A DNA stretch of 64,000 nucleotides from the human T2T-CHM13v2.0 reference genome, Homo sapiens. The number at the start of each line of letters is the position of its first letter. Within the stretch, counting starts at the first letter, position 1. The position numbers and the translations under genes were made by a program. The notes under the pieces are model-generated. The model was not told where the DNA came from. It searched no databases and saw nothing but the letters and a program-made list of their open reading frames with translations. Location: the NCBI RefSeq assembly GCF_009914755.1, contig NC_060936.1; one strand, given 5' to 3'. This document shows, in pieces, positions 29,474-49,600 of this stretch.

Positions 29474-29548
29474 AGAGGAGAAGAAGAGAAGAGGAGAGGA
29501 GAGAAGAGAAGAAGAGAGGAGAGAAGAGAAGAGGAGAGGAGAGAAGAG
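29474..29548 (+). repeat. 75-nt pure A/G low-complexity tract bounded by splice signals; candidate non-coding exon
   Basis: ttcctag| at 29473, GAGAA/GAGGA repeats, AG|GTATAG at 29548/29549. Confidence 0.6.
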
Positions 29549-29672
29549 GTATAGAACCAGCCCTCTATTCCTGGGAACACTCATTTTATTCTCTTTTCCA
29601 TGAGTATTTACTGAGTGACCGCTCTGTGCCAGGCATACTCTGGGACGTGGGGATGAGGAGATAAACAAGACA

Positions 29673-30000
29673 GGGCTGGGTGCAGTGGCTCATGCCTGTA
29701 ATGCCAGCACTTTGGGAGGCCGAGGCAGGTGGATCACGAGGTCAGGAGTTTGAGACCAGCCTGGCCAACATGGTGAAACCCCGTCTCTACTAAAAATACA
29801 AAAATTAGCTGGATGTGGCGGTGCATGCCTATAATGGGGAGAATTGCTTGAATCCAGGAGGCAGAGGTTGCAGTGAGCCGCGATCGTGCCACTACACTCC
29901 AGCCTGGGTGACAAAGCAAGACTCCATCTCAAAACAACAACAACATCAACCACAAAAAAAAAAACAAACAAAAAAAACAAACAAAAACCACAAAAAAACA
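29673..30000 (+). mobile_element. Alu (AluS-like) inserted into an L2 fragment (about 29600-30640)
   Basis: Alu consensus with internal deletion; target-site duplication aaacaagacag; L2-like flank tatttactgagtg...ctgtgccaggc. Confidence 0.85.
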
Positions 30001-33000
30001 AGACAGAACCCCTGCCCCTGAAGAGCTCACATTCTAGTAAACAGTGGTGCTCACAAAACTGAAGTTAAAGTAGACAATGAAAAGAGCCCAGGGTGAAAGA
30101 GCCGAGAGCAGAGAATGAGAGCTCTGCTGGGATTAGCAAAGCACAACTCACAGAGGAAGTGGCATCACCACTGGGCATTTACCTGGCAAGAAGAGGGCAA
30201 GAGCATTTCAGGCAGAGATTTGGAGGTGTGAAGCAGCGAGCTTCGGAAGCAGGGGGGCTGGGGCAGGGCGGATGAGGGAGGTGTGACCAGGGTGGTGGGT
30301 AGGGCCAGACTGGGCAGGAGTTGGAGCTTACCCCAGGAGCAGTGAGGTGTCTGGAAGGTTTCATACGGGAAGTGACATGTTAAGATCTGGATCTTAAAGA
30401 ACTTGGGGGTAAGTCTGTGGTGGGGATAGCAGGCTGGAAGTAGAGAGGAGGCAAGGAGGCTGTTGTCAAAACCCAACAAAAATGATAGTCGCCTGGACCA
30501 GGGGTAAGAAGAGGGCCAGGGCTGAGACACCAGCTTTGGTCACTGGTTGGATGTGAGGGATGAGGGAGAGGGAGGAGGGGAGGACGATGTTCTGGTTTCC
30601 AGCCTGAATACTGTGTGTGCGGTGGTGCCACCCACTGAGAGGATGTGTTATCAGTTAGAACTTTTTTGGTCTGAATTTATAGAAAACCCAAACTATATTT
30701 GGCTCAGGCAGAAGGGAGCGTATTGTCCCATGTAACTGAAAAGTCTAAGGGTGGTTCTGGCCACAGGCCCAGCATGATTCAGGGCTCCATGGTGGGAGCA
30801 GGCCTCAGTTTCCCCTCCTCTCGTAGCTCTGCTTGCCTGTGTCGGCTTCTGGCAGTAGAGCCTGGTGGTTGAGAGCAAGGACTCTGGAATCACATGGTCT
30901 GGATTTGAATTCTGGCACCGTAGTTATTAGCTGCATGGCCTGACAAGGCCCTGAACCTCTCTGTGGCTCAATTCCCTCCTCTTTAGGGTGGGGAAAAATA
31001 GGGCCTAGCTCGTGCCATGTTTTGTTAGGATGAAGTGAGATCCACACATTTAGGGTGCTTGGCACATACCTCATGCCAAGAAAATGCACTGTGAGTGTTG
31101 ATGGTGTGCGTTCCCGGCCTCCATGTGAGGCAGGACATTGGCTTTAAGCCTCTCAGGTTCAAAGCTATCAGGAAAGAGGGAGGTCTTCTCACATGTCACT
31201 TGGGCCAAACCCTGGGGTTTGCTGCTATTGGGCCTGTTTGACTCTGTGCTAACCCTGAAACAGTACTACAGTACTACGCTGAGAGTATGGAATGTTCTAG
31301 ATTTTGGTAACATGCTGTACTTGGGTTGGGGTAGAGGTGGAAGGAACACCACAGACCACAGGGTCCAAAGCAGAGGGCTGTCTGTGCACCAAATCTGGGC
31401 CTGTTCAGTCTTGGGGTGAACAGATGCTGGGTGGCCATGAGATAACTCATGTCCACTGCTGATGGGGCCATGGGCAGACAGGCGGCTGATGAGCTCAGCT
31501 GTGGCTCCTTGAGTTGGAGGCGAGCTGTCAGGTGGACAATGAGTATATAGGACTGGAGTTCAGGAGAGAGAGTTCTGAGCCCTGATGCTGCTGGAGGTGG
31601 AAAGTAAAGCTGCAGGAATGCATCAGAATGAGGCGAGAAGGCAGGGGATGCAGGACGCAGCCCTGTTGGACCACCACTTAAAGGCAGGAGCAGACAAGGA
31701 GTGCTCAGGGATGGGGGAGGGAGCCCGAGGAGTGGGCTCTCTTGGCAGTTGAGGAAGAGAGGATTTCAGAAACTGAGGGGTTGGCCAGGGGCCTCCATAC
31801 CCTGAGCAGTTCTGGGGTGCTGAGAGGGGACCTGCAGCCTGGGACCTTGGAAGGAAGAAGTGGGGAAGCCTTCTGCCCATCTGAGCTGCAACCACCACTA
31901 CCCCTCAGGCTCCAAGAAAAGCTCCACACAGAGGAAGATGGTGATGTGGTTGCCTCTGGTTCTGCGAGCCCACTGCAGGGTGAAAAACAGACTTATTAGA
32001 ATATACTCTTTCATGCTGTATGAATGCTATCCCAGGCACATGTCTCACCTAGGCATAATAAGACAATAAAAAAATAAAACAAACACGCAAAAAGGATCCT
32101 CATCCTGCTCCACAGCTGCCAGGCTGCCCTTCCCAGCCGCAGCTGACTTCCACGAGGCTTCTGTGAGTCCTGCCAAGAGGCCGAGGCTGCAGCCGCACGC
32201 CCACGCCCACGGCTCCTCTGGGTGTCCACCTGCCCTGGCTCAGAGCTGCAGCCTCTCTGGAATCCCTCCTTGAGAGGCTGTGCTTTATGGCCATGCCTTC
32301 TACTCTTTCAACCTGCTCACTCTGACATTGTCACTCTGGTCCCTTGACCTCTTTTACCTCTGCTTCCTCCCGGACCCTCAGCCTATTCCGGCTGCCCCAC
32401 TTCCAGTGTAGATTGCTTGGCTCATTACCTCAGTCACTGTCTTGCCCATGTCCTAACTTCACTCCATCCACAGAACCATCCCAGTGAAACCTCATGCCTG
32501 GATGACTTCAACTCTCTGTCCTTTGAACTTTTACCCAGGCTGCTGGGTGCCCCCAAAGAACATCACACCCTTGAGCAGACTGATGGCACTGAGAATGGTC
32601 ACGGGGTCCCACTGCCTGGCCCTCGCTGCAGCCAGCTCTCTCTCCTGCTGCATTACTGCAAGCCTTCCCTGCTCTTTCAAACCTGTCCCTCCCACCTCCC
32701 AACTCTGCTCAGGTGCCCTCTCCTCCTCCTACTTCCCATGGAAAATAAGTGGCCAGAGGAGGGCCGGGCCTCCGCCTCTGCAGCCCCTCCACCCCGGTGC
32801 TGAGCCACCCCGCTTCCTCCTTAACTCGATTCTTCAGTTGCTCCTCTGCTGGCTGTCACGTCCAAGCATACTCCGGTTTCTGCCACCTTAAAATAGCGCT
32901 CTTTGCACCCACTGCCGCCTCCGGTTACTATCCTATGTCTCACTTGCCTTTACAGCCAAACTTCTCCAAAGTTACCCACGCTTGCCGTCCCCACTTCCTT

Positions 33001-34754
33001 GCCTCCTGTTTATGTCTCCATCCTCTTCAGCCTGGCCTCCAGCCTGGCCTCCACCCGGCTAAGCTGACAGCCAGGTCGTCAGATCCCCTGGGTGGTTGCT
33101 CCAGCGGCTGCTCTCCTGGCCACATCTGCTGTGGCTGACCCCTTCTCACAGATCTCCTCCTGCTCCTGTGGCAGTTCCCGAAGAAGCTCGGTGCCATCAA
33201 CAGGAAAGGATGAGACTTTGGATTCCAGAAGAACACTGCTGGGGCTTCCCCCCGAGTCTGCCACTTGCTGTGTGAGTTAAATCCTCTCCATCCTTAGGAA
33301 AATGAGATAGTGATCATGCCCACTTGGCAACACTCAAATGAGATGAAGGGCACCTTAGTGTCTGGGCGCTGGGGCTCTGGAGCGCCTGCTGGGTTGAATC
33401 CAGACTCCCTCAGCTCCTAGGCCTGCCCTTGGGGCATCTCCCGTCTCTCCTTGAGAGTCTTGTACCAGGGTTTCCTCTTTCCTGTCCCAACACCAAGTTC
33501 CTCTGGGCTCTCTCCTAGATCTTCCCCTGGGCTCCCTGCCCTTCCCTGGATGAAAATCGCCACCTCTCGGCCCGTGGCTCTGAAATCAGCAGCTCCAGCC
33601 TAACTTGGCCCCTGAATGCCATGTTAATCTGCCCACCCATTCTACAGAGATTTATTGAGCAGCTACTGTCCCAGGCACTGGAGAATGTGTTGTACATGAG
33701 ACAGAGGGGTCGCTGTCCCACAGAGCCTGCGCACTTGCTGGTGGGAAGGGCCCTTCAGTGTACCTGTAAGCAAATGCATGAGGTGCCTGCAGAGAGTGAT
33801 TGTGCTGCAATGGAAAGACAGCAGAGTGACGGGATGGAAACCTGTGGGAGACTTTCGTGAAGGTGGCCAGGGAAAGCCTCTCCAAGGAGGTGACACTTGA
33901 GCTGAGACCTGGCCTGTGAGGTGACTTCAGCCAGGGAAGATCTGGGGCACAGTATTCCTGCCAGAGGGGCGGGAAGCTCCTGGGGTGGGAATGAGCCTGG
34001 CATGTCTGAAGGGACACCAAGAGGCTAGTGCGGATGGGGAAGGACTGTGGAAGGTGCCAGAGCACACCCACAGCCAGGTTCTTCCCTCGGGAGCCGTCTC
34101 CCTGGCAGGTTCTGCATCTTAGAGGATGGTTTCTCCACCCCAGCAGCTGTCCCCGATTCCCCTCCACAGCCAGTGCGTCACCAAATATGGTCCCTTCTGC
34201 CTGACGGAAAGCTTTGTTTCATGTCCCCGGCCGCCACCTCGCCTTGCACCTGGTCCCTGTGTCCCTTGGGGCTTCTCAGCCCACCCATCCTCCACACTGT
34301 TGTCAGAGTCGTCTTCAGCAGAGGCGCGTTCTGTCTGGCCACACTGTCTGGTCCCTGTTTCACACTCCCTCAATGTGGTGTCCACTGCTCATAGGATGGC
34401 ATCTTCCTGTGGCCCCCCAAACTGCTGCCCTCTTGATTCCCTGCTCCTGTGTCTCTCACTACTGTCCCTCACGTGCTCCACCATCTCCAGTCTTCTGGGC
34501 CTTTGAGGATGCTGTGCCCACCCCTCTGCCAGGCACCGAGTCTTCAGTGGCCGTGGAGGAGTGCTAGGCTCCAACCATTCACCCCTCACTCATCCAGCCG
34601 CCGCTGCTTGTAAAGCTTGTACTGTGTGCCAGGCACTGCTCCAGGCACCAAGGGAACAAAACCGGTGGAATTCCCTGCCCCTGTGCTGCCTGCTTTCTTG
34701 TGATGTGAGACAGATGATAAAGTACACAATTTAAAAATAGAGCCTGTCAGATGG

Positions 34755-35545
<791 letters not shown>

Positions 35546-35605
35546 TGGAGCAAAGCAAAGCAGGGAGGGTGCATGGAGAGAGCAGGGGAAAGGCTGGAAT
35601 TTTAA

Positions 35606-35964
<359 letters not shown>

Positions 35965-36558
35965 AAGAAAGTGTTATTAGAGCAAAGACCTGAATGAGAA
36001 TGGGCAATAGAGAGAGTGGGGAGGGGGCGGGGGGGAAGCACTCCAGGCCACGGAACAAGTGCTGAGACCCAGAGGAAGGAGCGCACCTGCTGTGGTCGGG
36101 GAACCATGGGGAGGCCCAGGGAGCTGCGGCTGCGGTGAGTGAGCAGGGAGTACCGATGAGAACACAGAGAGGCTGCAGGTGAAGTGGGTCTTCTATGGAG
36201 AGCCAGAAAATGGACTTGTCTTGCACATTTTCTCAGGAAGCCACTGAAGAGTGTGCTCTGCTCGAACCAGAGCATCAACCTGAAATGATGGAGGCCTCTT
36301 CATGCTCTGGCAGAGAGGAAAGACTGGGCAGCCAGTCTCATGAGTTCTCAGTTGTTGGAAATCCATAGGTGGTTGGAAATGCTTGTTGGCTGGAAATCCA
36401 TAGATGGCCAGCGAGTGGGGCAGCTTCTTCTTGAATACAGATCCCACGCCTGGCTGCCATCCTCACCATCCTCTCAATACACACTGAACCTCACTGGATG
36501 CCCAAGAAGTACTTTAGTGAAGGATCAAGTAAGGGTTCCAAACCCACAAAGGTGATAA

Positions 36559-36945
<387 letters not shown>

Positions 36946-38480
36946 TGAGCAACCTAAACCCATTCACCCCTATGAGAGCTACTTTTTGTTGAAATTGAGT
37001 CTATGTGAACTCTCCTCTTTTCATGACTTTGAACCCATTCCTTGCAAATAAATCTGGCTCAAGGTGGATGTGTCTGCTTCTTGGACCGGTTTGCATGATA
37101 AGAGCCACTATATTCGCTGGGAACTTCCCTGCCCGAGCCATCTGCTCAAATGCCAGCTCTGTTAGGATGGGGATTTCTGCTGTTTTGCACTGCACATGGA
37201 GGACCATGGAGAAATATGTTATTGAACGTTATTGAACAAGTGGAACTGCCCCTTAAATTTTTCCTTTGATCATAGAGTGGGGAGGAGGGCGGAACTGTAG
37301 ATGTATGATAGCTCCTTAACTTTCTCAAACAAAAATGTATGAACTCCCAGAAATGTCCCAGAATCTAACGGAGGCACATTGGAGTTGGTCATATGATATG
37401 CTGCTGGCGTGAACAGAAGATTTAGGGAAGTGTTAACAACAAAGTTTAAGGAGGGCAGTTGGTAGACTTACAGATATTGTCAGGCTCATCTTTTGGATTT
37501 AGCAATAATGAAGTTTTGTGAGGAAATCAAATAATTCCAAAATGTTTTCAAGGCTGTCAATTCTTTAAATACCACCTTCATGGATTTGCGTTTTCTCCCA
37601 GCGTGCAGGCGGAGTGGAGAGTGACACGGCCACGTAATTGGTTGAAAATTTGAACGGCATGCTCTTGTACCTGGGAGGGCGTTCCAAAGGCTATGAAAAC
37701 ATTGGGAACAGACTCAACCACTTCAAAGGCACAGGTGGCTGGTGAATGGAACCCTTTGCTGCCTGCTGGTTCCCAATTTTGAATGTATCTTTTTGTTTAA
37801 AATGTCTTTGTTACAAACCAAACGTTACAAGAATTGTAGGGGAAATGAATTAAAAGTAGAAACAATATTTCATCCTTTGTCATTTGAGAGAAATGATGAA
37901 TATTTCAAAACCATTTGTCAGAAAGCAGGGAGTTATGTCCCACTTCTCCTCCCCCAGAGACCAAGGCGGTGTTTCTTTCAGTGGGTTCCAAGGTCCTCTA
38001 GCGCCAAGGGACTTTTATGGGTGTTACTTGAAAAAAGGGTGGTTAATAACTTGAGGATTCTGTGTTAAGCAAAGATAAACAGGCTTCTTTATTGTAGTTC
38101 TTTAAAGAGGCATTCCTATGCCAATATTAGGATGAATCTAAAAGGGAGAGGATTTCAAAGCAGATTTGGCCAAATAATTCTTTCACCTCCTTCTTTTTTT
38201 AGAGGAGCATCTCATGGGACCACCATTCCAACATTCATGCTTTGGGAAACATTCTAAAACCTTCCCTTTGGAAGAGTAGAACAATTTTAGAAAAAAACAA
38301 AACCAAACCAAACCATGCCACTTCAGATGCATTTCCTTTGCTTTGTCAGGACAACAGCATAAAATTAATTTTATTCCCAAGGATTGTAATGCCATGTTAC
38401 TAAATTTAAATTTACTTTTTTTTAGTAAAGTAGTTTTTTAAAAAACTCTTTTAAAGAGTGATTTAGAAAAAACACATTTT

Positions 38481-38820
<340 letters not shown>

Positions 38821-39378
38821 CTACAACTTACATAAAACAAATCTCTACAGAGAGTGTTGACCAAGGATGTTCAATAGTTTCATACAGGATGGAAATGTAG
38901 CCCCAGAATTTCATTTTTGCCACAACTATTTTACCCAAACTTTGTTGTACTCTGTGGTTCCGGCAACTTGGCTGGTTTTCCTGTAGCACGGTTGTCACAA
39001 GGAAGGCCTGTTCCTTGCAGGTGGACTATTTTGTTTGCTGATCTCTGTGGCAGCCCGGCAACCCTGTTGTCTAAAATGAACTGACCCAGAGACTGGGGTC
39101 AGTAGGCTGCGCCGTTGGCTGAGGTATGGGGATTCGGGGCCAAACCCAGGGAGCCTAAAGGCCTGACTCGCTGTCTCTGCTGGGAAGTTGGCTGTATTGG
39201 CCGAGAGACTGGTAATGTTTTACTAAATTAATCAAGCTTATCTTGATATGTTTTTATCATGTTATACATTTGGAACTTTAGCTTCTGGGTTGTAATGCTG
39301 GCTTCTGTGGTTATGGCTGAAGACTGTCAGGTCGGCTCTATTGCTGGACTAACATAATAGAAATGGACAGATTCTTTA

Positions 39379-40309
<931 letters not shown>

Positions 40310-40422
40310 TGATCAGTCTAGGTGTTCTTTGGATTTAGTGGAGCTTCTGTCTCTCCTCTGGGTCTCTCATTTTAAAGTCTAGCTTGAGCGTCTTCACATG
40401 GTGCTAGGTCCCAAGAAGTTAG

Positions 40423-40784
<362 letters not shown>

Positions 40785-40790
<6 letters not shown>

Positions 40791-43700
40791 CCACCGCTGG
40801 ATATTACAATCCACATCGCAGGGGGTCGGGCGCCCCCCGCGATGCGGGGAGTAACATCTCCCCCCTCTCCCCCACTGGATATTACGATCCACATCGCAGG
40901 GGGGCGGGCGCCCCCCGCGATTCGGGGAGTAATATCACCCCCCTCTCCCCCGCTGGATATTATGATCCACGGTGGTCCCATAGCGTGTTTACGTTATTGT
41001 CAGTAATGTCTTCTCCGCCTCTGGAAATTACCAACTATATCACAGATGGGTGTATATCCTCTGCAGTATTTGCAGTAATAGCATCCTGTTCCCCCTGGAT
41101 ATTAAGAACAATATCACAGGAGTGTTTCTACCCCCAGCGGCATTGGGTGTTGTATCATCCTCTCCCACGTTGAAATTAGGAACAATATCACTGGGGGCGT
41201 GTCCACCCCATGCGATATTGAAAGTAATATCATCCTCTTCTCTCCTGGATCATGGGAACAATATCACTGGGGTGGTGTACATTTTCTGCGGTATTGGGAG
41301 TAACATCATCCTCTCTGCCTTGGAATATTAAGGACAATATCACAGGGGGGCTGTACACACCCTGCACTGTTAAGAAGAATATTATCCTCTCCCGTCCTGC
41401 ATATTAGGAAACAGAGTGGGTGTACACCTCCTGCGATATGGGGGGTAGTATCATCTTCTCTTCTTCTGGATAGTAGGAACAATATCACACGGGTTTGTAC
41501 ACTTTCTGTGATATTGGGAGTAATATCAACCTCTCCGCCTTTGAATATTAAGAACAATGTCACAGAATGGATGTACACCCCCGGCGATATTGGCAGTAAT
41601 ATCAGCCTCTCCTCTCCATGGATATTGGGAATAATATCCCGTGGTGGGTGTACATCTCCTGTTGTATGGGGAGTCTTATCGTCCTCTCCCTTCCTGGCTA
41701 TTAGGAATAATATCACAGGGTGGCTGCACACAGCCTGCAATATTGGGAGTAATATCACCCTCTCCCCCTCCGGATATTAGGAACAATACCACAGAAGGGG
41801 TGTACACTTCCTGCGATACTGGGAGTAATAGCATTCTCTTCTTCCGTGAATATTAGAAGCAATATCACCGGGTGGATGTACACCCACTGCTATATTGGGA
41901 GTAACGTCATACTCCACCCCCTGGATATTATATTCGGGTCAATATCACCGGGTGGGTGTACACCTACTGCGATATTGAAAGTAATACCATGCTCTCTCCC
42001 TCCCTGGACATCAGGAACAATATCACAGGTGGGTGTACACCCACTGTGGTATTAGGAGTAATATTAGTATTAATTATTACTCATTTATTATTAACATTAA
42101 TATTAAGTACCAATATTAATATTAAGAAATAATTGATAATAAAAAGTTTTTGGATTATTAACATTAATAGTAATTATTAGGAGCTAATATTACTGTTTTC
42201 TGATGAATAAGATCAGTACCGGTTATTAATATCAGGCGTTATTAATAATTAATATTAATTTATTGTTATCGTCAGTATAACTATTGCATATTGTCATTAT
42301 TATCGGTAGTGATTTTAAAAATTATATTATCAGTTATTAATATTGATAATTTATATCAATTAATAATTGATATTATTAATTGCGATACGTAATATTGCGA
42401 CATTCCTCACAATATCGCAGAAAATGTACACCCCCCTGTGATGTTGTTCCTAATAGCCAGGGGTAGACGATGACATTACTGCAAATATCGCACTGGGTGT
42501 ACATCCCTTCTGTGATCTTATTGCTAATATCCAGGCGGGGAGAGGACGGTATTAATCCCAATAATCCAGAAGGTGTAGACCTACCCTGTGATATTGTCCC
42601 TAATATCCAAAGGTGGAGAGGAAGATATATCTCCCAATTTCGCAGGGGTCGTACACCACTCCTGTGATATTGTTCCTGATGTCCGGGGTAGAGAAAATGA
42701 CATGACTCACACTATGGCAGGGGGTGAACACCCCCTCCATGATATTGTTCCTAATATTCAGGGGGGAAGAGTATGATATTGCTCCCAATATCCCAGGGGG
42801 TGTATAGTATCCCGACCTGTGATAGGCTCCGCCACGATGCGGGGAGTACTATCACCCCCCTCTCTTTCCCTGGATATTACGATACACATCGCAGGGGGGC
42901 GGGCGACCCCCACGATGCGGGGAGAAATATCACCCCCCCCCGGATATTACGAGCCACATTGCAGGGGGGTGGACACCCCCAGTGATGCAGGGAGTAATAC
43001 CTACCCCCCTTCCCCATGGATAGCACGAGCCACATCGCTGGGGTGTGGACACTCCCCGCTGATGCGCAGAGTGATATCAACCCCGGTCCCTCCCTGCATG
43101 TTAGCAGCCACTGTGGACACACAGTGTATTTACAATATTTCCAGTAAGATCATCTTTTCTATTGAACCTTATGAACAAGATCACAGAGGGGTGTACACCT
43201 CCTGCGATATTGGGAGTAATATCATTCTCTCCTCCACTGCATACTGGGAACAATATCACAGGGGCGTGTATTCCCCCTTCCATATGGGAGTCATATGATA
43301 CTTGCCGTCCATATATTAAGAACAATACCAAAGCGGGGATGGACACTTTGACGATATTGGGAGTAACATCATTCTCTCTACCCCTGGATATTAGTAGCAA
43401 TATCACAGGGGGGATGTACATTTCTTGTGATATAGAGAGTAGTAGTATTTTCTTCCCCGCTGGATATTAAAACCAATACCACAAGGGGCATCAAACCACC
43501 TGCCAAATTCGAAGGAATGTTATCCTCTCCCCCGCCCCCGCCCCCGGATATTAGAGACAATAACACAGGGGTAACGTACACCCACTGCTTTATTGGGAGA
43601 AGTATCATCCTCTCCCTTCTTGGATATTAGGAGCAATATCACAGTGTGCGTGTACGCCTGTCGCGAAATTCAATGGAATGTCATCCTGTGCCTCCCTGGA

Positions 43701-46035
43701 TATGACGAACAATGTCACGGGGGATGTACAACTTCTGAGATATTGGGAGTGATATCATCCTCTCCCCTCTGGAAGTTAGGGACAATATCACAGGGGTAGT
43801 GTACACCCTCTGTGATGTTGGGACTAATATCATCCTCCCGTCCCCTGGATATTAAAAACCATGTCACAAGGGGCGTGTACACACACTTCGATATTGGTAT
43901 TAATACCATCCTCTCCCTCTTTGGATATTCAGTGCACTATTTCAGGTGGGGTATACACCACCTGCAATATTGGAAGTAATATGATTTTCTCCCCCCTGGA
44001 TATTAGAAACAATATCACAGGGGGTGTGAACAACCCCTGCGATATTTGGAGTAATATCATCGTCTCCCCTCATGAATATTAAGAACAATATCGTGGGGGG
44101 GGGGGACGTACACCCCGTTTGATATTTGATATCATCCTCTTCCCCCCTGGATATTGGAACAATATCAGGAAGGGATGTACAGACCCTGTGACATTTGCTG
44201 TCATCTAATTGTCTCTCCCCTAGATATTAGGAAAAATGTAACCGGGGATGTGAACACCCCTGCGATATTGGGAGAAGTATCATCCTCTCCCCCCTTGTAT
44301 ATTAGGAACAATATCACGGGGGGGGGGGTGTACTGCCTCTGCGATATTGGGAGTAAAATTATCCTCTCTTCCCTTGGATATTAGGAAGGGTATCAGAGGG
44401 GGAGGGTGTACATTCCCTGTGATATTCAACGTAATCTTAGCCTCTCCCTCCCAGGGTATTCAGAACAATATTACAGGAGGGGTGTACACCCTTTGCGATA
44501 TTGAGAGTCATATCATCCTCTTTCGCTCTGGATATTAGGAACAATATCACAGGGTTGTGTACACCCCCTGCGATATCGGGAGTAATATCATCTTCTCTCT
44601 CTCTGGATATTAGGAAGAGTATCACAGGCTGTGTACACCCCCTGCAATATTGGGAGTAGTATCCTCTCTCCCTCTGGATATGAGGAAGAGTTTCACAGGG
44701 ATGTGTGTACCCCCTGCGATATTGGGAGTAATATCATCCTGTCGCCCTCTGGATATTAGGAAGAGTTTCACAGGGGTGTGTACACTCCCTGCAACATGAG
44801 TAGTAATATCATCCTGTGCCCCCTGGATGTTAAAAACCAAATCACGGGGATTGTACACCTGCTGCGATATTGGGAGTAATATCTTCCTCTCTCTGCCTGG
44901 ATATTAGAAGTAATATCACGGGTGGTTTACATCCCCTGCGATATTGGGAGTAATATCATCCTCTCTCCCCCTGGATATTAGGAACAACATCACAGGGGGG
45001 TGTCCACCTCCTGGGATATTGGTGTAAAACCCCCTGTGATATTAGGAGCAATATCATCCTCTCGCCCTCTGGATATTAGGAACAGTATCACGGGGTGGGG
45101 GGTGTACATCCGTGCGATATTGAAAGTAATATCCTCTCCTCCACGGTTTTTAGAAATGAAATCACAGTGGGTTGTACAGCTGGTGCGATATTGGTAGTGA
45201 TATCGTTCCCTCCTTCCCTGGATATTAGGAACAACATTACAAGGGGGTTGTATACTACCTGCGATATTTGGAGTAATATGATTCTTTGCCCACCTGGATA
45301 TTAGGAACAACATCATGGCGTGGGGGTCGTGGAAAACCCCGGCTATTTTGAAAGTATCATCCTCTTTTTCCCTGGATACTATGAACAATATCACAGGAGG
45401 GATGTGCACCTTCTGCGATATTGGGAGTAATATTATCCTCTCCCGCCCTGAATATTTAGAAAAATATCACAGTGGGGTGTACACCCTGGTGATATTGGGA
45501 GTAATATCATCCTCTCCACCCAGGAAATTACTAACAAGGTCACGGGGGGTTGTGTACTACCCCTGAGATATTGGGAGTAATGACATCCTCCCCAAACCTG
45601 GATGTTAGCAACAAGATAACAGAGGGGGTGTACACACCCTGTGATATTGGAAGTAATATGATCCTCTCCCCCCCCGGATATTGGGAAAAATATCAAGCGC
45701 GGGTATACATTTCCTACGCTGTTGGGAGTAATATCATTCTTTTCCTCTCTGGATATCAGGAACAATATCACAGGGGTAGTGTACATTTCCTTCGATATGG
45801 GGAGTAATATCATCCTCTCCCCGCTGGGATATTAGGAACAATATCCCAGGGGGGTGTCCACCCTCTGCGATATTGGGAGTAATATCATCCTCTGTTTCCT
45901 TGGATATTAGACACAATATCACAAAAAGGTGTACACCCCCTGCAATATTGGGAGTAATATCATACTCTCCTTCCCTGGATATTAGAAAACAATATCATCG
46001 GGGTGAACAACCCCTGCGAGAATGGGAGTAATATT
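40785..46035. repeat. SATR1/SATR2-like satellite array (about 75-78 bp unit) of the OR7E duplication block
   Basis: Unit ctggatattaggaacaatatcacagggggtgtacacccctgcgatattgggagtaatatcatcctctcccc; AT-rich spacer at 42050-42400; inverted sub-block at 42410-42810. Confidence 0.88.
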
Positions 46036-46355
<320 letters not shown>

Positions 46356-46519
46356 ACCACTTAGCATTTTCATTTTACATTTGTTGAAGTTATAGATTGA
46401 TACATTGATTGCTGCTTTATTACATACACTTGCATATACATAAAATGGGAAGTAGAAAAGAATAAAATGGGCACAGTATCCCTAAAGTTTCGCATTCTGA
46501 GACATTTTAAAAATATTTG

Positions 46520-49600
<3,081 letters not shown>

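Noticed and set aside
41050-45922. Many 60-160 aa ORFs in the satellite, also at 60138-61429
   Set aside because: They are repetitive translations (LDIRNNIT, ILFLISRG) of the repeat unit with no protein-like features.
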